Assembly: GCA_944372245.1 (NCBI GenBank)
Contig: CALVYN010000004.1
Span: 1 to 51,069, forward strand
Direction: 5' to 3'
DNA length: 51,069 bases
Origin: an uncultured Bacilli bacterium
Lineage (GTDB): Bacteria; Bacillota_I; Bacilli_A; RFN20; CAG-288
The position numbers and the translations under genes were made by a program. The notes beneath the pieces are model-generated. The model searched no databases. It was not told the origin of the DNA and worked only from the letters and a program-made list of their open reading frames with translations. Below are positions 37,401 through 47,486 of the stretch, piece after piece (the stretch's first letter is position 1; the number at the start of each line of letters is the position of its first letter).

Positions 37401-37817
37401 CTAGAAGGGCAAATCATCGTCGGCGGAATCGATGGATTCGATGGGCTCGTCCGCAGAGGGTTCGGCAACCGCGGAGATGCTGGTGCTCTCCTGGCTTCCC
37501 TTCCTCTCCAGGAACTGAACCTTGTCGCAGATGACCTCGACGATCGAGCGCTTGCTACCATCCCTTCCCTCGTAGCTGCGCTGGGACAGGCGGCCGTCGA
37601 TGGCCACCAGGCTGCCCTTGTGGCAGTACTGGCAGACGTTATCGGCGGTCTTGGTCCAAGCTTGGCAGGAGATGAAGGAGGTGGAGTTGCCCCCGTCTCT
37701 GCGCGGGGGATTGTCGACGGCGAGGGTGAAGCTGCAGACGTTGGATCCCGAGGTGAGAGTCCTCTTCTCGGGGTCCCTGGTCATCCTACCGATCAGGATG
37801 ACGCGATTGATTGCCAT
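37401..37817 (-). CDS. ssb: Single-stranded DNA-binding protein
   Basis: INRVILIGRMTRDPE, FTLAVD, KGSLVAIDGRL, acidic tail DDDLPF. Confidence 0.98.
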   Translation of the reverse strand: MAINRVILIGRMTRDPEKRTLTSGSNVCSFTLAVDNPPRRDGGNSTSFISCQAWTKTADNVCQYCHKGSLVAIDGRLSQRSYEGRDGSKRSIVEVICDKVQFLERKGSQESTSISAVAEPSADEPIESIDSADDDLPF

Positions 37818-37838
37818 AGTTACTCCTTTTCGTGATCA

Positions 37839-38168
37839 CTAGGCGTTCTGACGAGGCGCCTGAGCGACCTCATCGTGACCCTTGGTGACCAGGTAGCGGA
37901 GAACGTTAGCATCCAGCCTGACGATGCGGCCGAACTCATCCAGAGCCTTGGTGGACTCGCCGAGCTCGAAGTTGAGGATGACGTAGTAGCCCTTCCTCTC
38001 CTTCTTGATCTCGTAGGCCAGGTCCCTCAGACCCCACTCGGTGGTCTTGGTGATGGTCGCACCATTGTCGGTCAGGATCTTGGCCAGCTTGGCATTCTCA
38101 GCCTTGTAGGCCTCCTGATCGAGAGTGGGCTTGACGATGTACATGATCTCGTACTTTCTCATGGGCAT
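37839..38168 (-). CDS. rpsF: 30S ribosomal protein S6
   Basis: RKYEIMYIVKP...EWGLRDLAYEIKK...GYY...VLRYLV. Start is 38168 or 38162. Confidence 0.97.
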   Translation of the reverse strand: MPMRKYEIMYIVKPTLDQEAYKAENAKLAKILTDNGATITKTTEWGLRDLAYEIKKERKGYYVILNFELGESTKALDEFGRIVRLDANVLRYLVTKGHDEVAQAPRQNA

Positions 38169-38172
38169 TATG

Positions 38173-38237
38173 CCTCCCTTCGGTCATCGGCTGCGGGCAG
38201 CTCTCACGAGGCGCGCAGCAGAGAGCTTTGCCAAGAG
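38173..38237 (-). ncRNA. S6:S18 ribosomal protein leader (autoregulatory cis-RNA)
   Basis: Minus strand CTCTTGGC...GCCG-atgaccg-AAGGGAGG. The 5' pyrimidines can pair with the SD and a CCG sits in the internal loop, as in the Firmicute S6:S18-binding motif. Confidence 0.6.
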
Positions 38238-38270
38238 AAAAACCAGCGTATTCTCTTTCAAAGCCAAAAG

Positions 38271-38299
38271 ATTATAGAAGAGGAGCCGGGGCCTGTCAA
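38271..38299 (-). promoter_or_regulatory. Consensus sigma-A promoter of the rpsF operon
   Basis: Minus strand TTGACA-17 nt-TATAAT. Confidence 0.88.
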
Positions 38300-38364
38300 A
38301 GCCTGTCAACGCTCTCCAAACATAACTATCCACAGAAGAATATATATGAGAGCGATATGAACTT

Positions 38365-38397
38365 AAAAAGTGAGGCACGGATTGCCGTGCCTCACTT
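38365..38397 (-). terminator. Terminator of the P-type ATPase gene
   Basis: AAGTGAGGCACGG-loop-CCGTGCCTCACTT with a minus-strand T-run. Confidence 0.85.
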
Positions 38398-38418
38398 CGA
38401 TTCGGGATGGATTTCTTC

Positions 38419-41523
<3,105 letters not shown>

Positions 41524-41657
41524 GCCGATTCCTTTCCGTAATTCCCACGCGTGTGCGCTTGCGCGTGCACACGAAATATATGTGGAAACGACGGGATATA
41601 CTTTAGCAAATTTCCACTGCCATTTTCCTTGAATCCCGGTCTTTTTAACTGGGTGTG

Positions 41658-41686
41658 TTGAAATGCTTTCGGCCCGTGGGTATAAT
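41658..41686 (+). promoter_or_regulatory. Sigma-A promoter of tRNA-Gln
   Basis: TTGAAA-17 nt-TATAAT, 13 nt before the tRNA. Confidence 0.8.
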
Positions 41687-41699
41687 TCACTTTCGCAAT

Positions 41700-41774
41700 T
41701 GGGGATTAGCCAAGTGGTAAGGCTCTGGTCTCTGAAACCAGCATGCGGTGGTTCGAATCCACCATCCCCAGCCA
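41700..41774 (+). tRNA. tRNA-Gln (anticodon CTG)
   Basis: Acceptor TGGGGAT/ATCCCCA, D-arm GCC-AAGTGGTAA-GGC, anticodon arm CTGGT-CT[CTG]AA-ACCAG, T-arm GGTGG-TTCGAAT-CCACC, encoded CCA. Confidence 0.97.
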
Positions 41775-41784
41775 CGATTAAGAG

Positions 41785-41815
41785 ATACCTGCGCTGAGAG
41801 GCACAGGTATTTTTT
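41785..41815 (+). terminator. Terminator after tRNA-Gln
   Basis: ATACCTG...CAGGTAT followed by a T-run. Confidence 0.7.
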
Positions 41816-41977
41816 GTAATCACGTCAGATTTTTGAAATCATTTCAGGCTTGAATCTATGAATGCTTAGCTCTCTAACAAAAAGTTGTTTGTGATTGAAA
41901 GATGGACGGTAAACAAGAAATTTAAAGCTGATAAATCAATCGTGTGTAGCAGATATCAACCGGGGATTCCAACCCAC

Positions 41978-42022
41978 GAAAAATGCCTGACCCCATCCGC
42001 GATGCTGGGATGGAATCAGGCA
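41978..42022 (-). terminator. Terminator after tRNA-Pro
   Basis: TGCCTGA..CCATCC-loop-GGATGG..TCAGGCA with a minus-strand T-run. Confidence 0.6.
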
Positions 42023-42035
42023 GGTTCTCTCTAAA

Positions 42036-42112
42036 TGGTCGGAGATGCGGGGTTTGAACCCGCGACCTCTTGGTCCCGAACCAAGCGCGCTACCAAACTG
42101 CGCCAATCCCCG
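42036..42112 (-). tRNA. tRNA-Pro (anticodon CGG)
   Basis: Reverse complement CGGGGATTGGCGCAGTTTGGTAGCGCG-CTTGG-TT[CGG]GA-CCAAG-AGGTC-GCGGG-TTCAAAC-CCCGC-ATCTCCG-ACCA. Confidence 0.97.
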
Positions 42113-42156
42113 AGGCGTTGAATAATATACTAGGTTTTAGCGATTTTTGGCTTCTC

Positions 42157-42636
42157 CTATTTGTGATAGGTCTCCCCGCGGTTGATCTTGAAGGCGCGAT
42201 AGACCTGCTCCATGCTGACCAGCAGCGCCAGCGGGTGCGTGAAGGTCAGAGTCGAGAGGCGCCAGAGGTAGTCGGCCCGCTGGCGAATCCTGGGGCTGAT
42301 GCCGTAGGAGCTGCCGACGATGAAGACCAGATTGGCGCTCTGCTCGCTGAGCTTTGAGAACTCTCTGGCGAAGGTCTCGCTGTCGCTCTCGGTGCCCTTT
42401 AAGTCCAGCGCGATGACGCAGTCGGTCCTCCCGATGGTCTTCAGGACGGCCTCCGCCTCGTCGTCGAGAGCCTTCTGAATCTGGCTGGGGGAGGGGCGCT
42501 CGGGGAGCTTGACCTCGCGGGCGTACTCGACTTTGGTATCAGCGTACTTTAAAAGGCGCTTGCGATAGTCCTCATAGAGGTTCTCGAGCTCGGGAGAGTG
42601 GGGCTTGCCCACCAGGATGAAGCGCAGGCGTCCCAT
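42157..42636 (-). CDS. rlmH: 23S rRNA (pseudouridine-1915-N3) methyltransferase
   Basis: ILVGK...EDYRKRL...FIVGSSYG...LSTLTFTHPL...EQVYRAFKINRGETYHK. Start moved to MGRLRF (42636, TGATG coupling). Confidence 0.95.
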   Translation of the reverse strand: MGRLRFILVGKPHSPELENLYEDYRKRLLKYADTKVEYAREVKLPERPSPSQIQKALDDEAEAVLKTIGRTDCVIALDLKGTESDSETFAREFSKLSEQSANLVFIVGSSYGISPRIRQRADYLWRLSTLTFTHPLALLVSMEQVYRAFKINRGETYHK

Positions 42637-43409
42637 CAGTTGATGGTATCCCCGCCCCCGACCGGCGTCTTCGCGTCGAGGGTCTTCAAAGTCAAATCGG
42701 GCACCTTGCCAAACTGGGCTATGAAGGCATCCTTGAAGGTGTCCAGCGCCATCTGGGGCGTGTTGCACTCGTGGGAGAGGTGAGCCAGCGCTACCTCCTT
42801 GGTCCGCTTGCCGACCATGAGGGTCAGATAGTGGGCGCACTGCTGGTTGGACAGGTGGCCCTTGTCGCTTAAGATGCGCATCTTCAGCCAGTTGTTGCGG
42901 TCGGAGCGCATCAGGGTCTCAGGGTCGTGGTTGCTCTCCAGGAGATAGAAGTCGCAGTCGTGGCAGTAGTCCAGATCCTTGAAGGGGATATATCCGGTAT
43001 CCGTCATGTACATCAGCCGGCGGCCGTTGGCTAGATCCTCCAGGAGATACCCCATCGAATCCGGGGCATCGTGGGAGGTCGGCAGGGCGGTGATCGCCAG
43101 GCCAGCGATCTCGATCCGCTGAAAACTCTTTAAAACATTCGTAGATTGGTATTGCTTATCAATTACGCCAGCATCGCCACTATATGTGCGTTCCTTCAAA
43201 GTGGCGAACGAGTCGATGTGCGCCGTGTGATCCTTGTGGCGGTGGGTGATGAGCAGGGCGTTGACATCGTCGAGGCTGCGCCCGATCGATCGGAGGCAAT
43301 CCACCACCCGCTTGCGGCTGACCCCGCAGTCGATGAGGATGGTCGCCTGGGCCGTGTAGATGATGGTGGAATTGCCCGTGGAGCCGGAACCGACATTGAG
43401 GTATCTCAT
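42636..43409 (-). CDS. yycJ: MBL-fold metallo-hydrolase, YycJ/WalJ type
   Basis: SGSTGN, IDCG, THRHKDH (HxHxDH), SHDA, TDTG, LESNHD, GHLSN, AHLS; adjacent to rlmH as in Bacilli. Confidence 0.88.
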   Translation of the reverse strand: MRYLNVGSGSTGNSTIIYTAQATILIDCGVSRKRVVDCLRSIGRSLDDVNALLITHRHKDHTAHIDSFATLKERTYSGDAGVIDKQYQSTNVLKSFQRIEIAGLAITALPTSHDAPDSMGYLLEDLANGRRLMYMTDTGYIPFKDLDYCHDCDFYLLESNHDPETLMRSDRNNWLKMRILSDKGHLSNQQCAHYLTLMVGKRTKEVALAHLSHECNTPQMALDTFKDAFIAQFGKVPDLTLKTLDAKTPVGGGDTIN

Positions 43410-43412
43410 GCT

Positions 43413-44891
43413 CTAGTTCCCTTCGCCGGCCCCGTACTGGTTCTCGTCGGCGATCTCGGTGAAGATGCAGCGGGGCTTATCGAAGCTCATCGTCAGCTTG
43501 CCCGTGGGGCCGTTGCGGTTCTTGGCGATGTTGATGATGGTCTGGGAGATGGGCTGGTTGACCTGGAGGTCCTTCTGGCCGTCCTCATCCTTGCTCTTGC
43601 CGTCATCGTAGTAGTCGGGGCGGTAGAGCAGGTAGATTTGGTCCGCGTCCTGCTCGATGTTACCCGAGTCGCGCAGGTCGGAGATGGTCGGCTCGTGGTG
43701 GCCGGTGCGCTTGTCCGGGTCGCGGGAGAACTGGGAGAGGACCAGAAGGGGGATGGACATGTCGCGGGCGACGTTCTTCAGGGCGCGGGAGATGTCGCCG
43801 ACCACGGTCGCGCGGCTGTCCTGCGAGTTCACCTTGGCGCCGGCGGAGACGATCATGGTCAGGTAGTCGATGACGACCAGACCCAGGGTCGGGACCTTGG
43901 TCTGGAGCTGGTGGATCTTGTTGCGGATGACGTTGACGGTCGTGCCGGGGCGGTCGTCGATGTAGATCTCGCGCTGGCGCAGGTCCGCCAGGCCCTTCTG
44001 GAGGAAGCTCATGTGGCTCAGGGCATCGGGGTCGGTGCGCTTGCTGGGCGGGAGGGTGAAGACGTGGCGCCCGCGCTCGTCGGTGCTCGAGACCAGATCC
44101 AGGTCGCGAACCTCGTCGGCCGAGAGGTAGGAGGTGTTGGAGAGCATGCGGCGGATGATGCTGATCGCATCCATCTCCAGCGAGAAGAAGGCCACGGGGA
44201 CGTTCTTGGCCGCGTTGAGGGCCATGTTGATGGCCAGCGCGGTCTTACCGACCGAGGGGCGGGCGCCCATGATGATCAGCTCGCCCTTGTGGAAGCCGGA
44301 GGTGATGCGGTCGAAGTCACGGTAGCCGGAGGAGACGCCGGTGACGTAGTAGTCGGTCCCCTTCTCGCGGCGGAGCCGGCTCTCCTCCTCGTAGCCGCCC
44401 AGGACCGCATCGAGCATCTGGCTGACCGAGCGGAAGCCGCCGACCTGCTGCTTCTCGGCCACCTCGGCGATCATGTTGCGACTGTTGCTGATGAACTCGG
44501 GGATGTTGTCGATGCCACCCTTCTTGATCTGGTCGGTGATCTTGTGGCAGGCCTCATCCAGGCGGCGCAGGGAGGAGCGCTCGCGGATGACGGTGATGTA
44601 GTCGCGGTAGTTGGCGATGTCGTCGACGTTGGCCACCAGGTTCTTGACGAAGCCCACGCCGCCGACCGACTCCAGGGTGTGGTCGCCATTGAGGATCTCG
44701 ATCACGTCGACCGCATCGCCCGAGGTGCCCCGCTCCGCCGCCCGCTTGATCGCGCGAAAGACCAGCTGGGTCGCCTTGGTCGAGAAATCCTCCTCGGTGA
44801 GGATGCTGGTGGAATCCAGCATGGAGTCGCGATCCATCATGCATATGCCCAGGACCGCCCGCTCGGCATACACGGCAGAATCAACGTTCAT
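43413..44891 (-). CDS. dnaB: Replicative DNA helicase
   Basis: AERAVLG, GARPSVGKT, FSLEM, IDYL, LSQFSR, SDLRDSGNIEQDAD, AKNRNGPTG. Confidence 0.97.
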   Translation of the reverse strand: MNVDSAVYAERAVLGICMMDRDSMLDSTSILTEEDFSTKATQLVFRAIKRAAERGTSGDAVDVIEILNGDHTLESVGGVGFVKNLVANVDDIANYRDYITVIRERSSLRRLDEACHKITDQIKKGGIDNIPEFISNSRNMIAEVAEKQQVGGFRSVSQMLDAVLGGYEEESRLRREKGTDYYVTGVSSGYRDFDRITSGFHKGELIIMGARPSVGKTALAINMALNAAKNVPVAFFSLEMDAISIIRRMLSNTSYLSADEVRDLDLVSSTDERGRHVFTLPPSKRTDPDALSHMSFLQKGLADLRQREIYIDDRPGTTVNVIRNKIHQLQTKVPTLGLVVIDYLTMIVSAGAKVNSQDSRATVVGDISRALKNVARDMSIPLLVLSQFSRDPDKRTGHHEPTISDLRDSGNIEQDADQIYLLYRPDYYDDGKSKDEDGQKDLQVNQPISQTIINIAKNRNGPTGKLTMSFDKPRCIFTEIADENQYGAGEGN

Positions 44892-44914
44892 GCGCCTACC
44901 TCCCTCGTATTAAA

Positions 44915-44936
44915 TGGGGACCTTCACAGGTCCCCA
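44915..44936 (-). terminator. Hairpin between rplI and dnaB (weak terminator/attenuator)
   Basis: TGGGGACCT-tcac-AGGTCCCCA with a short minus-strand T tail. Confidence 0.5.
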
Positions 44937-44962
44937 ATGCTATCTGACGGATAGATTTTAAC

Positions 44963-45424
44963 CTACTTCTTCGCGCTGGCCTTGGGTTCGACGAGAACGT
45001 TCATAATTCCGTATACACCCTTGTACAGCTCGACCTTGACGTGGGACATGCCGAAGGCGTTGACGATGTTGTGCTCGGGGAAATCCTCCTTGTCCACGCT
45101 GACGTTGAGCTTCTCCCTCAGGGCCTTCTTCAGCTCCTTGATGGAGATGGTGCCGATCATGGCGCCGCGGTTGCCCACCGGCGCCTCGAAGCGGAAGACG
45201 ATATCCTCGAGCTTCTTGGCGATGGCCTGGGCCTCCGCGGTCCTCTTGGCCTTCTCCTGGGCGATGGCTAAGAGCTCCTTCTCGCGCACCTTGACCGCCT
45301 CCTTGGTGTAGAGGACGCCCAGGCCCTGCGGGATGATGAAGTTCGCTCCGTAACCGTCCGAAACCTCGACGACATCGCCGGCCTTGCCGACCTTTCTCAC
45401 GTCCTTCTTGAGCAGAATCTTCAT
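44963..45424 (-). CDS. rplI: 50S ribosomal protein L9
   Basis: MKILLKKDVRKVGKAGDVVEVSDGYGANFIIPQGL; lies between gdpP and dnaB. Confidence 0.97.
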   Translation of the reverse strand: MKILLKKDVRKVGKAGDVVEVSDGYGANFIIPQGLGVLYTKEAVKVREKELLAIAQEKAKRTAEAQAIAKKLEDIVFRFEAPVGNRGAMIGTISIKELKKALREKLNVSVDKEDFPEHNIVNAFGMSHVKVELYKGVYGIMNVLVEPKASAKK

Positions 45425-45458
45425 GCTGTTGACCTCACTTTCTGCTGCTGGCGCGCTC

Positions 45459-47486
45459 TCAGGAGTTCGTCCGCGTCAGCGTACGCCTCCTATTATCCGT
45501 TTTTTTGCTGGGCTCGGGTGCATAATCGCCATCGTTGAGCACGGCGATCAGCTGCTGCTTGACCGCCTCCAGGTCGGTCGAGACGACGGTGGCCGCGGCC
45601 GAGGAGAAGTGGCCGCCGCCCCCGAAGGCCTTGACGATCTTCTCGACGTTGAACTTGGGGTTGGAGCGGGCCGAGATGCCGATCTTCTCGGGCGAGATGC
45701 GCCCGATGGCGAAGGCGGCATCGTTGCCGGCGATGGTCATCGCCTGGCTGGCCACCATGGCCAGCATCGTGGTATCGACGATCTCGTCGGAATCGGGATC
45801 GACCGCGATGCAGATGTTCTCGGCGTAGTTGGAGGCGTTCTTGAGGAACTTGATCTTGGTCTTGAACTGCTCGTAGTTCTCGCGGGTCATCGAGGTCGCC
45901 ACCTTGGGCGAGGCCCGGCGGTTGAGCAGGTAGGACATGGCCTTGTAGGTGGGCTCGGCCACCTTGGAGCGGAAGCGGGTCGTGTCCACCATGGTGCCGG
46001 CCAGCATCATCGTGGCCGCCCCGTCGATCATGTTGATGGGGATGGGCGAGGCCTCGATGTATTCCGCCAGGAGCTCGCAGGCCGAGGAGGCCGAGGAGTC
46101 AGAGCCGTTGAAGACCACGTGCTTGAAGGTGCGCTCGGACTGGCGGTGGTGGTCGATCAGGGCGACCCGGACGTCGGAGTCGTAGCTGATGAAGTTGGGG
46201 TAGACCAGCCGCTCGGGGGCGGAGACGTCCACCAGGACCACCAGGGTCTTCGAGCTGATGGCATCGAGGGCGTCCGCGCAGTCGATGGTCAGCTCGTCGA
46301 GGTGGTCGCGATACTGGTCCTCGAAGGCCTTGCGGCACTCCTGTTCGGTGTTCTCGGGCACGTAGACGATGCGGCACTTCACCCCGAGGGTGTTGCAGAT
46401 GCTCTTGACGCCCAGGCAGGCGCCGATGCTGTCGAAGTCGGCGTAGGTGTGGCCCATGGTCAGGACCAGCTCCGACTCTTGGATGGCGGCGATCAGCTCC
46501 TTGGACAGCAGCCTGATGCGGGCGCGGTTGATCGTGGCCTTGGACTCGGTGGTGCCGCCGACGTATCTGGCCGCCTTGCCGAACTCGCTGATCAGGGCCT
46601 GGTCGCCGCCGCGGGCACCGGCCAGCTCGACGTTGCTGTAGGCTTCCTCGCAGGCCGAGGCCAGGTCGGGGAAATTTCTTGCAACTCCAACGGAGATGGT
46701 CGAGATGGAATTATTCATCTCGCGCACCTCGCGCACGATGGAGAGCTCGTTGTCGACCTGCTCCAGGGGCTGGTCGTTCTCGCCGATGATGATGTAGGTA
46801 TCATCGCGCACGGAGCGGATGACGTAGCGGCCCTCGCCGATGCCGTAGAGGGTGGTGGACAGCTGGTTCATCCACTTGGCGACCGCCACCTCGCCCACGG
46901 CGGTGATGCGGTCGGCGTAGTTGTCCACGCGGGCGAAGGCGACGAAGGGGGCCGCGTTGCGATAGTCCCGCTGCCGCCCTCTGAGCTCGGACTCATCCTT
47001 GAGGATGAAGAGCCCGGCGCTCTTGACCAGCTCGACATCGAAGCTGTGGTTGTTGAAGTCGATCCGGTTGTTGGTGATGCCGGACTCGAACATGGTGCCC
47101 AGCTGGGGCGTGACCTCTCCGATGGGCTTCTCCAGGGCGGCCACCCCGACCTTGGCCATGTAGTCGCTCTGATAGGTGACGATCCCCTTCTCGTCCACCA
47201 GGATCAGACCCACGCGGCAGCGCTCCAGGGCGTGGCTGATCTGGGGGCCGTAGACGTCGGTCAGGCTCATGTCGCCCGCATCGGAGACGTGGCGGATGCG
47301 CCAGTAGAAGAACCAGCCCGTCAGCAGGGTGGCTAAGACTAGGCTCAGCCCCACGGCCAGACCGACGGCCCAGTAGTAGTCGAAGGGGACCAGCAGGATG
47401 CAGACCAGGATGACTATGGCGGCGACGGCGGAGATGCCGCACAGGATGCCGGCGGCGGTCACCATTCTCTTGGCTATCTTGTTCAC
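45459..47486 (-). CDS. gdpP: c-di-AMP phosphodiesterase GdpP (2 TM, PAS-like, degenerate GGDEF, DHH/DHHA1)
   Basis: RGGDQ, MGHTYADFDSIGA, LVDV, IDHHR, ASSACEL, GTMVDT, ISARS, FGGGGHFSSAA; canonical gdpP-rplI-dnaB synteny. GTG start. Confidence 0.93.
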   Translation of the reverse strand: MNKIAKRMVTAAGILCGISAVAAIVILVCILLVPFDYYWAVGLAVGLSLVLATLLTGWFFYWRIRHVSDAGDMSLTDVYGPQISHALERCRVGLILVDEKGIVTYQSDYMAKVGVAALEKPIGEVTPQLGTMFESGITNNRIDFNNHSFDVELVKSAGLFILKDESELRGRQRDYRNAAPFVAFARVDNYADRITAVGEVAVAKWMNQLSTTLYGIGEGRYVIRSVRDDTYIIIGENDQPLEQVDNELSIVREVREMNNSISTISVGVARNFPDLASACEEAYSNVELAGARGGDQALISEFGKAARYVGGTTESKATINRARIRLLSKELIAAIQESELVLTMGHTYADFDSIGACLGVKSICNTLGVKCRIVYVPENTEQECRKAFEDQYRDHLDELTIDCADALDAISSKTLVVLVDVSAPERLVYPNFISYDSDVRVALIDHHRQSERTFKHVVFNGSDSSASSACELLAEYIEASPIPINMIDGAATMMLAGTMVDTTRFRSKVAEPTYKAMSYLLNRRASPKVATSMTRENYEQFKTKIKFLKNASNYAENICIAVDPDSDEIVDTTMLAMVASQAMTIAGNDAAFAIGRISPEKIGISARSNPKFNVEKIVKAFGGGGHFSSAAATVVSTDLEAVKQQLIAVLNDGDYAPEPSKKTDNRRRTLTRTNS

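Noticed and set aside
41524-41823. 100-aa N-terminal extension of the P-type ATPase ORF
   Set aside because: It runs antisense through tRNA-Gln and its promoter; a good RBS precedes ATG 41523.
41775-42035. Integrated element between the convergent tRNA-Gln and tRNA-Pro genes
   Set aside because: Only ~260 nt, with two terminators, no integrase and no duplicated tRNA 3' end.
43413-44891. Intein in DnaB
   Set aside because: Length of 492 aa is near normal. There is only a ~20-aa insertion (TDERGRHVFTLPPSKRTDPD), with no splice-junction motifs.
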